A stretch of DNA of 64,000 nucleotides from Minisyncoccota bacterium (GCA_041661645.1 JBAZUA010000004.1:69067-133066), one strand, 5' to 3'. Counted from the first letter of the stretch, positions 9,997-18,570 are shown. Translations and numbers: made by a program. The notes: a model not told the origin generated them from the letters alone.

Positions 9997-10833
9997 TTAC
10001 GTTATTGATATGATGTTTCTTTTGACCGAGACGAAACCCTCCATTTTCAGATCGTCGAGGTTCCTCTGTATGTCTGCCTTCTCCTTGCCCAGAGCGACGA
10101 AGTGTTCGATGACCAGTTTTTGCCTCCGGGGTCCTTTCATGACGAACTGAAGCAGGTTGGAGCGCAATTCACGATTCGAGCCCTTGAAGGGGGACTGTCT
10201 GGCGTGATGGGCGCTTTTACGAGACGGGTTCGGCAGACTTGACTTGAGATGGACCCCGTAGTCCATGAGCGCATAGTACCACACCCTCGGATTTAATGTG
10301 TCGAGGGTCTTTTCGATGAGGGGCATGAGCTCCTTGTCGGTGACGGTGCCCCTTTTCGACGCGGGGGACGATTTTTTGCCCGCAAAGAAGCAGTGTATAT
10401 AGACCGCGCGGATATTTGTCTCTATGAATGGCGTGGCGATGCCGAAGGCGAAGGCGAGAAGGGCGCCGCGCGTCGACTGCCCGATGCCGGGGAGGGCCTC
10501 CAGCTGCGCGGCGTCCCGCGGAAACTTTCCGCCATGCTCGGCAACGATCGCCTGGGCCGCCCGTCGCAGGTTCAGCGCCCGACGATTGTATCCGAGGCCT
10601 TTCCAGACCGAGAGGAGGGACACCGTCGGCGCGGCGGCAAGGTCGCTGACTGTCGGGAACGCGGCCAGGAACTCATTGTATTTGTGAAGCACCCTGGCCA
10701 CCTGCGTCTGCTGGAGCATTATCTCGGACACGAGGATTCTGTACGGGTCATGGGTTTTTCGCCATGGCAAATCGTGTCGGCCGTGGGCCGCATGATGGTC
10801 GAGAATCATTTTCCTGAATGTCGCCGTTCTCAT
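9997..10833 (-). CDS. HhH-GPD superfamily DNA glycosylase (MutY/Nth-like adenine glycosylase)
   Basis: ILVSEIMLQQTQV...WKGLGYNRRA...LPGIGQSTRGA is a helix-hairpin-helix/GPD signature. No 4Cys Fe-S cluster loop is recognisable. C-terminal extra domain. Confidence 0.8.
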   Translation of the reverse strand: MRTATFRKMILDHHAAHGRHDLPWRKTHDPYRILVSEIMLQQTQVARVLHKYNEFLAAFPTVSDLAAAPTVSLLSVWKGLGYNRRALNLRRAAQAIVAEHGGKFPRDAAQLEALPGIGQSTRGALLAFAFGIATPFIETNIRAVYIHCFFAGKKSSPASKRGTVTDKELMPLIEKTLDTLNPRVWYYALMDYGVHLKSSLPNPSRKSAHHARQSPFKGSNRELRSNLLQFVMKGPRRQKLVIEHFVALGKEKADIQRNLDDLKMEGFVSVKRNIISIT

Positions 10834-10885
10834 GTCGTCTACTGTACTAAAAAGCCGGCGACTTGGGAAAGTCGCCGGCAGATAT

Positions 10886-11380
10886 CTATTTGAGGAGGAA
10901 TCTCTGAGACTCTTCCCGAATCCATTCGTTCAGGTGAACTGACAGGTTGGCGTCCCCATCCATGCCGGTGCCTGGACCTGGAATATTGAGGAAGTCTCCG
11001 ACCCTGATGAACTTGCCCAGAACCGCATGTTCCGCGTCAAACCTTTTTGCCAGGCTTGGATGGCTGGAGTTTGGGTGTTCGGGCACATCGAATGCCGTGA
11101 GGAGGTGTCTGAGGAAAAATCCCCGATACCCCTTTATCAGCTCCTTTTCCCCCTCGCCGGTGACCATTCCTTCCTCTTTGAGCATTTCCCCGTTGATGAT
11201 CCAGCGAATGCCCCATACGATGCCACCTGCCTTTCTCGGCCTTTTGATGTTGAGATGGCCTGAGCCTGTCGTTATGGAGAGGCAGTTCTCATCCATGTTT
11301 GCTCGGTTGATCCGATTGCCGATTGCCGACTTGTTCCACCAGACTGGCGGATTTTCGAGAGAGTAAGGTTCCGTGCTCAT
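10886..11380 (-). CDS. hypothetical protein
   Basis: 164 aa ORF with good coding appearance but no motif I can assign. Confidence 0.45.
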   Translation of the reverse strand: MSTEPYSLENPPVWWNKSAIGNRINRANMDENCLSITTGSGHLNIKRPRKAGGIVWGIRWIINGEMLKEEGMVTGEGEKELIKGYRGFFLRHLLTAFDVPEHPNSSHPSLAKRFDAEHAVLGKFIRVGDFLNIPGPGTGMDGDANLSVHLNEWIREESQRFLLK

Positions 11381-11492
11381 TATTAGTGTCTTTGATTGTT
11401 TGCGTGCTGACTGTGTCCTACACTACAATTAAATCCATCCTTGTCAATCAGGTATAGAAAAAGGCGATTGAGTGTGATATTGTCTCTCGTAC

Positions 11493-11581
11493 GGAGACGT
11501 GTCAGAGTGGTCTAACGTGCATCTTTGCTAAAGATGTGTACCCTTTATACGGTACCGAGGGTTCGAATCCCTCCGTCTCCG
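11493..11581 (+). tRNA. tRNA-Ser (GCU anticodon, long variable arm)
   Basis: Acceptor GGAGACG/CGTCTCC. Anticodon stem CATCT/AGATG with loop TTGCTAA (anticodon GCT). Long extra arm GTGTACCCTTTATACGGTAC. T-arm GAGGG-TTCGAAT-CCCTC. Discriminator G. Confidence 0.9.
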
Positions 11582-11591
11582 CCGATACAAA

Positions 11592-11622
11592 AACGAGCAT
11601 CTGTCAAGATGCCGTTTTTTTG
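11592..11622 (+). terminator. rho-independent terminator after tRNA-Ser
   Basis: ACG-A-GCATCT-GTCA-AGATGC-CGTTTTTTTG. Confidence 0.7.
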
Positions 11623-11819
11623 TTCGGTGGAGACGAGTGGGCGCGTTGCGCCCGCGTGAGGGATTCGGAGCCTGTTTGAGATATTTTCGAGTACGGAGTA
11701 CGATGAAAATATCCAAACAGGGTACTGGTCCTGTAAGGACCGATTATCCCTCCGCCTCCCCCAGATTAATATGTATTTAGTCGAGTTTACCTGTATACTT
11801 TCTTTAAGATAAATTATTT

Positions 11820-13058
11820 ATGAAGAAAATCTTCAGAGAGTACCATCAATTTACGGATAAGGAGTTTCAAAAAATATGGAAAGAAGGGCTTTTTGTGTTT
11901 GATACAAACACTCTTTTGAACATGTATCGCTATAGTCGCAAGACGGTTGATGCATATTTTGATGTGCTAAAAGGGCTGAAGAAGAGCAGTCAGCTTTGGA
12001 TTCCACATCAGGTTGGTTTTGAATTCTATGAGAATAGAATTAATGTTATATCTGAATATGAAAAGTCGTATGATGAGATGCAGTCGATTCTTAATAAGGC
12101 AAAGACAGATATCGAATCTAGGTACAAGGATCATCCCTTTCTTAATCTTTCTGACATAAAGAAAGATATGGATAGTGGGCTTTCGGCGGTTGAGTTGAAG
12201 CTTAAAAAAGCAAAAGCCGACCATCCTAAATGGCTCGAGGAGGATGATGTTCTTACGAAGCTGAACGAACTATTTGACGGGAGTGTCGGTACTGGTTATA
12301 CGGAAGAGAGGCTTTGTGAAATAAAGAAGGAGGGGAAGGAGAGGTATGAAAAAAAGACCCCGCCTGGTTTTAAAGATGATAAAAAATCTGAGGATAAAAA
12401 ATATGGTGATCTGATATTGTGGTATCAGATAATCGAGAACGCTAAACAGGCAAAGAAACCTGTAATTTTGGTTTCTGGTGACGTTAAGGAAGATTGGTGG
12501 CTTGAAAAAGATGGTAAAAAACTTATGCCTTTACCCCAGCTTAAGAAGGAGCTTTTTGATAAAGCTGGAGTTTCTTTTCACATATATACCTCGGACAGGT
12601 TCTTGGAGCTTTCAGGAACAAAAGAAAAGAAAATTGATGATAGTACCATTAAAGAGGTTAGGAAAATTCGAGAGCTTGAAGAAAAGAGAATGATGTCTCG
12701 ACGATCAGAACTTCCCGAAAAAGAGTATTATTCCAGAAGCCCGTATCGCCACGTTTCAGAGTTTGTCTCCATTATCCCTTTGTTGGAAGAAATCATCCTC
12801 ATCTTGAGGAGTGTGGACATTCCTCCTCCTTACCGGAGTGATCTTGAACAGTCGATGCAGAATTTGTTAGAAACGCGTCACAGGATGGCGCATGGGGAAG
12901 TTGATAAGTTGGGTTTATATCGCTTAGGTCGAGAGGTGTCTTTTGTCGTGGGTCGTTTCTTGGCCCTTGGACTCGTCGATCCCGAGCCTTCTGCGAAACT
13001 GAAGGAGTTGCTCGATCGCGTAGAGTACTCTAATCATAGAATGCAGAGATATCTTTAG
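11820..13058 (+). CDS. PIN-like nuclease domain protein with C-terminal HEPN-like Rx4H motif
   Basis: N-terminal GLFVFDTNTLLNMYRY (PIN first Asp), later acidic positions (FEFYEN, ILWYQIIEN, VSGDVKEDWW). C-terminal RHRMAHGE matches HEPN Rx4-6H. 412 aa, lysine-rich, low GC. Confidence 0.6.
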   Translation: MKKIFREYHQFTDKEFQKIWKEGLFVFDTNTLLNMYRYSRKTVDAYFDVLKGLKKSSQLWIPHQVGFEFYENRINVISEYEKSYDEMQSILNKAKTDIESRYKDHPFLNLSDIKKDMDSGLSAVELKLKKAKADHPKWLEEDDVLTKLNELFDGSVGTGYTEERLCEIKKEGKERYEKKTPPGFKDDKKSEDKKYGDLILWYQIIENAKQAKKPVILVSGDVKEDWWLEKDGKKLMPLPQLKKELFDKAGVSFHIYTSDRFLELSGTKEKKIDDSTIKEVRKIRELEEKRMMSRRSELPEKEYYSRSPYRHVSEFVSIIPLLEEIILILRSVDIPPPYRSDLEQSMQNLLETRHRMAHGEVDKLGLYRLGREVSFVVGRFLALGLVDPEPSAKLKELLDRVEYSNHRMQRYL

Positions 13059-13061
13059 TGT

Positions 13062-13538
13062 ATGAGTAAAAATATCACCTTCGCCCGTAATCTTGTAAAA
13101 GGAAAGATAGCAGAAACAATTTTTGCGCAGATGTTGCGTGAGGTTGGCAATTTCACAGTTCTTGAGTTTGGATATGAAAAAATCATTCCTGAACTTATAC
13201 AGACCGAATACGATACAAATAAGGAAACGTTGGAGATTTTAAGAACTGCTCCTGATTTCGCTGTTATCAACAAGAAAGAGAAGGGGGTTAGACTTGTTGA
13301 GGTTAAGTATCTCCATCGGATTAATACTGAGTATGTCTACCGTTATGCCCATAGAATGGCAGAGTCTTGGAACCCTTCTTTTCTCTTTGTGGCCACTCAA
13401 GAGGGTTTCTTTTATGACGAGGTTCGTACGATTGTAGAAAACAAGGGTGTCATAGCGCCTCTTGATGATTCACAGATTCCAAAGACCATCCAAGAGGAAT
13501 ATTTGAAGATACTGAAGGATTTTGAGGCTAATAATTAA
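13062..13538 (+). CDS. small PD-(D/E)xK nuclease-fold protein (putative)
   Basis: E...PDFAV-x12-VRLVEVKY arrangement (D...ExK) in a 158 aa protein. 3-nt gap to upstream gene and 3-nt gap to downstream gene suggest an operon. Confidence 0.5.
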   Translation: MSKNITFARNLVKGKIAETIFAQMLREVGNFTVLEFGYEKIIPELIQTEYDTNKETLEILRTAPDFAVINKKEKGVRLVEVKYLHRINTEYVYRYAHRMAESWNPSFLFVATQEGFFYDEVRTIVENKGVIAPLDDSQIPKTIQEEYLKILKDFEANN

Positions 13539-13541
13539 ACC

Positions 13542-14333
13542 ATGTCTCAATTATCACAAATCATAAAATCTCTCGAAAATAACGTATCTGTAGATGCTGT
13601 TTTACTCGTCGGTTCACAGAGTAAAAATGAGCACAAGGAATACAGTGATATCGATCTTGTTGTCATCCTTAAGGAAAAGGCATCAGATTTACAATCACTC
13701 TTTCAGTATGTTGATGGCAAGCCATGTGACATCTTTTTCTTTGACGGGGCAATGTTGCAATTATTCCTAGGAGCTAAAACTATCCCTGCAAATAAGATGG
13801 ATGCGGTTTTGCTTGGCTGGCTCGACACAGCACACGTATATTTTGATAAATCAGGTGTCGTAAAGTCTCTCATGGGCAATAAGGAGAGTCTCAAGGCAAA
13901 GCTCGAAGTGCCTGTAGAGGAGATGGTTTCTTTTGAATCGAAGATTAATGCTGGCTATATTACGAACAAGAGATATTTTGATTCAGCTAATCCTGAATAT
14001 CATGATGCGCTTGAGACAAAGCTTCTTCAGGATGTATACAACATACTTATTGGTTATTTTGAATTTAGAGCAATACCGTGGAGAGGGGAGAAAACAATGC
14101 TTCGACATCTAAAGGAACACGACAAAGCTTTTTATGATCTATATATGTCATATATACGAGCTACAACTCTCAAGGAAAAATTTAAACTCTATGAACAACT
14201 GGTGTCATTGGTATTCTATGGAGAGTATCGTTTGTGGGACAGAGAGGCCGTAAGACCATACACAAATCGACCTCTTAAAAAAGAAGAACAGGCTCACCTT
14301 GTTGGATATTGGAATGGACTGATTAAGTCTTAA
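13542..14333 (+). CDS. Pol-beta-superfamily nucleotidyltransferase (ANT/Lnu-like or minimal NTase)
   Basis: LLVGSQSKNEHKEYSDIDLVVIL matches the hG[GS]x9-13Dh[DE]h NTase motif. About 150 aa C-terminal helical domain. 263 aa. Confidence 0.7.
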   Translation: MSQLSQIIKSLENNVSVDAVLLVGSQSKNEHKEYSDIDLVVILKEKASDLQSLFQYVDGKPCDIFFFDGAMLQLFLGAKTIPANKMDAVLLGWLDTAHVYFDKSGVVKSLMGNKESLKAKLEVPVEEMVSFESKINAGYITNKRYFDSANPEYHDALETKLLQDVYNILIGYFEFRAIPWRGEKTMLRHLKEHDKAFYDLYMSYIRATTLKEKFKLYEQLVSLVFYGEYRLWDREAVRPYTNRPLKKEEQAHLVGYWNGLIKS

Positions 14334-14342
14334 AAAGACCCC

Positions 14343-14470
14343 GTCCCGAGTACTTCAAGAACTCGCTTTAAAAAATTCTAAACTACCCATATGGGGTAAT
14401 GAAGTAGGGGGTCTATACCCGAGTGGCCCGCCATTCTTCCCCGTGAGGGGACTAGATGCAAGGATGGATT
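14343..14470 (+). repeat. partial copy D of the roughly 200-bp cassette-leader repeat family
   Basis: Shares cccgagtacttca..., agggggtctatacccgagtggcccgcc and gtgaggggactagat(g/a)ca(a/g)gga(t/c)gg with copies at 15341, 16428, 17500 and 18437. Confidence 0.6.
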
Positions 14471-14496
14471 CATCGCAGAGTGGGCATTGTGTATAC

Positions 14497-14525
14497 TTGA
14501 CGTACATCCTTAAAAGATATATAAT
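14497..14525 (+). promoter_or_regulatory. consensus-like sigma70 promoter at 3' end of repeat copy D
   Basis: TTGACG-N17-TATAAT, with exact spacing counted from the sequence, reading into the downstream ORF. Confidence 0.5.
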
Positions 14526-14752
14526 TTTAATATAGATGTACTTTGATTTAGATATAAGTGTTGCGATGTTCTTTCTGGATTTAATCTCTTGAATCTTGAA
14601 AGAACGTCGTAACAACCAACCCGTAGAAGGGAGGCGTTCAATGAATCAATATCTGAAGAGCCTTGCATGTCGCAAAGCAGGATTTTGAATCAAACCGTCA
14701 GCATGGAAGCCCGACTTTGTCGGGAGTTCATGAGGACTCACCAAGGATAGTC

Positions 14753-15280
14753 ATGAGCAAATCGCTTGTCACTCGCCGTCAAACTGATAGTCTGCACAGC
14801 ATGGCACAAGCAAAAGGAGTTTTGTGCGCCGCATTCCAATGGTGGCTCGACACGAGAGCATCGTCAACTCTCGACCAACTCATTGTTGGATATCTGATCA
14901 GGGGTATCAGTGCCCCGTCAGATTGCCGTATGCATGCGCTCACAATATGGGAAGGAGGTGTCGAGCATACTTATATCATGCTTAACTACCTCAAATACCG
15001 TACAGACTGTCTCAAACTTGCTGATGCATGGGCTGAGACACATAATCTAATGAAAACCGATTGTGTGTCTGTGTTGAATATCCAATCCTCTCACCCGCAA
15101 CTTAACCGATATATTGGTGATATGAGAATGAATCTAGTCTCGACCCAACCGGGTCGAGGACGCCGATTCAGCGAGCCTTTTGTAGGCTGGTGGGATGGTG
15201 ATTGGAAAGAAGCGGGACCAGAGAGCGAGTGGCGTGCCAGACCGGGGATTCCGACTGTTTGGTTTCTTTACCGCCGGTAA
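14753..15280 (+). CDS. hypothetical protein (ORF 14663..15280; the internal start MSKSLVTRRQ is likelier)
   Basis: ORF only; no recognisable motifs. Confidence 0.35.
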   Translation: MSKSLVTRRQTDSLHSMAQAKGVLCAAFQWWLDTRASSTLDQLIVGYLIRGISAPSDCRMHALTIWEGGVEHTYIMLNYLKYRTDCLKLADAWAETHNLMKTDCVSVLNIQSSHPQLNRYIGDMRMNLVSTQPGRGRRFSEPFVGWWDGDWKEAGPESEWRARPGIPTVWFLYRR

Positions 15281-15340
15281 CTTCACCCGTCAGCTCGACA
15301 CAGGAAACCCCTGTCGCGAGATGGCGGGTTTTCTTTTGTT

Positions 15341-15565
15341 TAAAAAAGGACCCCTACTTGGGATTCGAACTAAACTTTAAGAGTGAGACGTTATGTTTTA
15401 AGCCACCAAATCGGTGCCGTTCGAATCGCTTCAGACCCGCACAAAAAACTTTCTTTCGGAGTGACCCGAGTGCCTCGATTTTCGGCTCGAAACAAGGCTT
15501 AAAAAGAACGTTCGAATCCCAGATGGGTGAGGGGACTAGATACAGGGACGGAATTCGCCTCATGC
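15341..15565 (+). repeat. copy A of cassette-leader repeat with 11-bp terminal inverted repeats
   Basis: TIR-L GGGATTCGAAC at 15360-15370 and TIR-R GTTCGAATCCC at 15510-15520. Internal core ccgttcgaatcgcttcagacccgc...ctttcggagtgacccgagtgcctcgattttcggct. 3' flank cagatgggtgaggggactagatacaggg is conserved with copies B and D. Confidence 0.65.
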
Positions 15566-15581
15566 GGGGTCAAATCTATAT

Positions 15582-15611
15582 TTGACATATAGGTATATTT
15601 AGATGTATAAT
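15582..15611 (+). promoter_or_regulatory. sigma70-like promoter with extended -10 at 3' end of repeat copy A
   Basis: TTGACA-N18-(TG)TATAAT located 16 nt upstream of the 15627 ATG. Confidence 0.45.
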
Positions 15612-15626
15612 ATAATCTGAAGTACC

Positions 15627-16355
15627 ATGAAAGTCACAAAAGAGATGGGTGTCGCAGCAAGCGACGTGTTCGCAGGCAAAAGCGGACAATCGGCGGTGCA
15701 GGCACTATATGGAGAGACGGCTTCGTTGTTCGTGGACTTGATTGGACACAACACGACTCTTTCCAAGTGCAGGCTCCTCGATGCGGGAGCCTTCAAAGGA
15801 GAACTCATGTCCTCGGTCATGGAGCTGAACGGACATCGAGAATTATTTGAAATCACCGCGACTGATATCAACGAGTCTGCATTGGCGCAAAACGCTATCG
15901 CAGACAGGAAGGTTGTTGCAGACCTTTCGGTGCTCCCTTTCAACAACAGGGAATTCGACATTGTATGCGCTCGATACGTTCTCGTGTGGAACGTCTTGGC
16001 GAAGCAGAAGAGAATTCTCCGGGAGTTGAATCGTGTGGCGGGACTGACTGTCTTGCAACACGCAGGGGCCGATGATGTCGGCACGAGCGAGTGGCAGGGG
16101 CGTATGCATGCGCTCCTTGGAGGTAAGGTCTCGAAGCTTTTCCGGAACGAGTGTCACTTCTCCTCCGCACAGGAGGTGGAGTGTCAGCTCGACGAACTCG
16201 GAATCGCATACGAGCGAATTCAGCACAGAAGGGTCGATTTCGTCTCTCAAGTTTTGATCGAAAGGTTTAAGCTTGATGCGAATGAGGCCGCTGAAGTTCT
16301 GAAAACGCTCGGTGAGAAGGACTATATACTCCAAACCACATGGCTCATCAAATAG
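15627..16355 (+). CDS. class I SAM-dependent methyltransferase-like protein
   Basis: Motif I-like RLLDAGAFKGELMS; motif IV-like FDIVCARYVLVW. 242 aa. Confidence 0.6.
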   Translation: MKVTKEMGVAASDVFAGKSGQSAVQALYGETASLFVDLIGHNTTLSKCRLLDAGAFKGELMSSVMELNGHRELFEITATDINESALAQNAIADRKVVADLSVLPFNNREFDIVCARYVLVWNVLAKQKRILRELNRVAGLTVLQHAGADDVGTSEWQGRMHALLGGKVSKLFRNECHFSSAQEVECQLDELGIAYERIQHRRVDFVSQVLIERFKLDANEAAEVLKTLGEKDYILQTTWLIK

Positions 16356-16400
16356 CAGTACTCTGCTCCGTTAATTGTGGATGTCGGCAACATTCACTAA

Positions 16401-16430
16401 CCCGCATTCGTGCGGGTTTTGTTTTGCTTA
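16401..16430 (+). terminator. rho-independent terminator after the 15627 methyltransferase gene
   Basis: CCCGCA-TTCG-TGCGGG followed by TTTTGTTTTG. Confidence 0.6.
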
Positions 16431-16640
16431 AAAAGAGAGCTCTACGTGGGATTCGAACGAGATTCTGAGAGAGGGTCTATGTTTAGAGCCACGAAATTCC
16501 AGCCGTTCGAATCGCTTCAGACCCGCTAAGAAAACTTTGTTTCGGTGTGACCCGAGTACCTCGATTTTCGGCTGAAAATAACACTCGGATAAAACATTCG
16601 AATCCCAGATGGGTTAGGGGACTAGATACAGGGGTGGATT
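16428..16640 (+). repeat. copy B of cassette-leader repeat
   Basis: TIR-L GGGATTCGAACG at 16448-16459 and TIR-R CATTCGAATCCC at 16595-16606. An 87-bp internal stretch (16504-16590) is identical to copy C (17575-17660). Confidence 0.7.
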
Positions 16641-16692
16641 TGGTTAGTTTTGTTGAGGGCGAGCGGTGTGTTATCAATGCTATACTACCTTC

Positions 16693-17484
16693 ATGCAAGA
16701 AGTCGAGGCTAAGGTTAGAAAGTTGGCTGAAGAGACCATATCACTTCACAGAGCTGATGTGGAGAGTCTGTGTGCCTCTCTGGGCACAAATGTCGAAGAA
16801 GTTATTGGTGCGTGGGTGGCATGGGATACGGGAATCAACGATTACAGCAATTCCATCTACAGCTCGAACGCGACGCGTATCGCCATGCATCTGCATAATT
16901 TTATCCCTGGGAATTGGCATGATAAGCGGCAGGCAGAGGTTTTGAAACTGATCTCCGATATCGCCCCAAAGAGGATAGCGGATGTTGGATTCGGTACGCC
17001 GCAGAGGTACGTGACGGAATACGTCCTTCAGAAAGACTTATCTGCGTCCCTGCTCGATTTCGATCAGGAGAGCTTGGACTTCGCCGGGTCGTATCTGGAT
17101 ACGCAGTCGAAGAATTGGCGGAAGCAGGTGAGCCTTCGGAAATACGATATGAACTCTGGAGAGGCGATTGGTGACTTCGATCTGTACCTCTTTCAGGATT
17201 CTGTTGAGCATGCCGATGACCCGTCGAAATACTTCAGCTCTGCAATCGTGCGAGCGAACCGAGGAAGCTATTTCGTGCTTTCGATGCCGATTGAGGTGAA
17301 TCGAGCGGTTCCCGAACACAATATCTTTTGGAAAAGCACCGAGGACGCTCTTGGCTGGGTGAGGGGGCACGGTTTGGAGATCAGGGGATGGTCCGAAATA
17401 CGCATGAATCCCGATCTTGACCTGTTCGCCAAGCACCTCCATCCTGAATTCAAAGAGATACTGGTCTGGGCGCAGAAGCCGTAA
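16693..17484 (+). CDS. class I SAM-dependent methyltransferase-like protein
   Basis: Motif I-like RIADVGFGTPQ; FDLYLFQDSVEH; about 263 aa. ORF track starts at 16666; the ATG at 16693 (MQEVEAK) is likelier. Confidence 0.6.
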   Translation: MQEVEAKVRKLAEETISLHRADVESLCASLGTNVEEVIGAWVAWDTGINDYSNSIYSSNATRIAMHLHNFIPGNWHDKRQAEVLKLISDIAPKRIADVGFGTPQRYVTEYVLQKDLSASLLDFDQESLDFAGSYLDTQSKNWRKQVSLRKYDMNSGEAIGDFDLYLFQDSVEHADDPSKYFSSAIVRANRGSYFVLSMPIEVNRAVPEHNIFWKSTEDALGWVRGHGLEIRGWSEIRMNPDLDLFAKHLHPEFKEILVWAQKP

Positions 17485-17499
17485 CGGTAACAAGGGGGT

Positions 17500-17682
17500 T
17501 TAGGTAAACGCGCTCGGGATTCGAACGGAATTAGGGTAGAGCACAGGTATATTTCAAGCCACGAAACCCCCGCCGTTCGAATCGCTTCAGACCCGCTAAG
17601 AAAACTTTGTTTCGGTGTGACCCGAGTACCTCGATTTTCGGCTGAAAATAACACTCGGATGGAACGTTCGAATCCCAGATAC
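17500..17682 (+). repeat. copy C of cassette-leader repeat
   Basis: TIR-L GGGATTCGAACG at 17516-17527 and TIR-R CGTTCGAATCCC at 17666-17677. Confidence 0.7.
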
Positions 17683-17747
17683 TTTTTTCGAGTGTATACG
17701 CAGAGTTGTTCACACCATTTTTTCTTGGTCAAATTAGGGTGTAGTAT

Positions 17748-18365
17748 ATGTGCATGGAAAATTTACCAGTCGAATCAAACGGAAAAGGGTGGGCATCACT
17801 CATTCTTGGAATATTTAGTCTCCCTGCCATGCTTCTTCCGGCGGTCGGAATTCCTGTCTCACTCTTGGGCATATTCTTCGGCATAAAAGGCTGCAGAGCA
17901 GGTAAAAAAGGAAAGGCAATTACTGGTATTGTACTCTCCGGTCTCGGACTTATTCTTGCGGTAGCTACGGTATTTCTTGCTTCTTATTATTCTTCAGGCA
18001 ACTCTCCTCAGCCTGGACATCCTCAAGTATCAACCTATTTTATTCGTGATACGCCAAAGAGTTCAGATTCCGCTTTCGCCAATTGGCCGGTGATGAACTC
18101 ACTCTCGGCAAATCCTGTGGCACCAGGTGATGTGGTGACAATATTCGGGACTAATTTTAGCGCAAAGAAAAATGATAATTTCGTTAAACTCCTGCATGAT
18201 GCCACCGGCCAGATTTTCGAATTTTATATACCAAATTCAGATAACGGTACAGTGGTTTTCTCGATGCCGAGAAACGCACCAGTAGGGAATTACACATTGT
18301 ATTTTATGGTCTTATCGACAGGGGGATATGATGTGTTCAGAGATTTTAAAATAGCAGGGAAATAG
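17748..18365 (+). CDS. membrane-anchored protein with C-terminal IPT/TIG-like beta-sandwich
   Basis: Two N-terminal TM helices (WASLILGIFSLPAMLLPAVGIPVSLLGIFFGI; ITGIVLSGLGLILAVATVFLA). C-terminus PGDVVTIFGTNFS...GNYTLYFMV resembles IPT/TIG. Confidence 0.5.
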   Translation: MCMENLPVESNGKGWASLILGIFSLPAMLLPAVGIPVSLLGIFFGIKGCRAGKKGKAITGIVLSGLGLILAVATVFLASYYSSGNSPQPGHPQVSTYFIRDTPKSSDSAFANWPVMNSLSANPVAPGDVVTIFGTNFSAKKNDNFVKLLHDATGQIFEFYIPNSDNGTVVFSMPRNAPVGNYTLYFMVLSTGGYDVFRDFKIAGK

Positions 18366-18436
18366 AAAATCTGGCACTTAACCCGACACCACTGCCTCTG
18401 TCCTAAACTTTTTGAAAGATTCCAAGGATAATCGCT

Positions 18437-18570
18437 TTTAGATAGCGTCCCACGTACTTCAGAAATTCGGTTCGGGAAATGCCAAACTAACCTTGCTGGG
18501 CAATGAGCCAGGGGGTCTATATCCGAGTAGCCCGCCAAGAAAACTTTGTTTCGGAGTGACCCGAGTGCCC
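18437..18570 (+). repeat. partial copy E of cassette-leader repeat
   Basis: cccacgtacttcagaaattcgg...agggggtctatatccgagtagcccgccaagaaaactttgtttcggagtgacccgagtgcc matches the cores of copies A-D. Confidence 0.6.

Larger units (their letters stand above)
11763..14340. other. low-GC (about 37% vs about 58% background) genomic island inserted downstream of tRNA-Ser
   Basis: Sharp compositional shift from the sequence itself. Three same-strand genes. A tRNA-Ser 3'-end-like repeat TATCCCTCCGCCTCCCCC (11746-11762) sits immediately before the island. Confidence 0.7.

Noticed and set aside
11528-11716. 62-aa minus-strand ORF
   Set aside because: Overlaps tRNA-Ser and its terminator.
15341-17682. Repeat units as intact tRNA or tRNA pseudogenes
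   Set aside because: Despite GTTCGAATCC T-arm-like termini, none of the copies could be folded into a cloverleaf (acceptor/T stems do not pair; spacing wrong).
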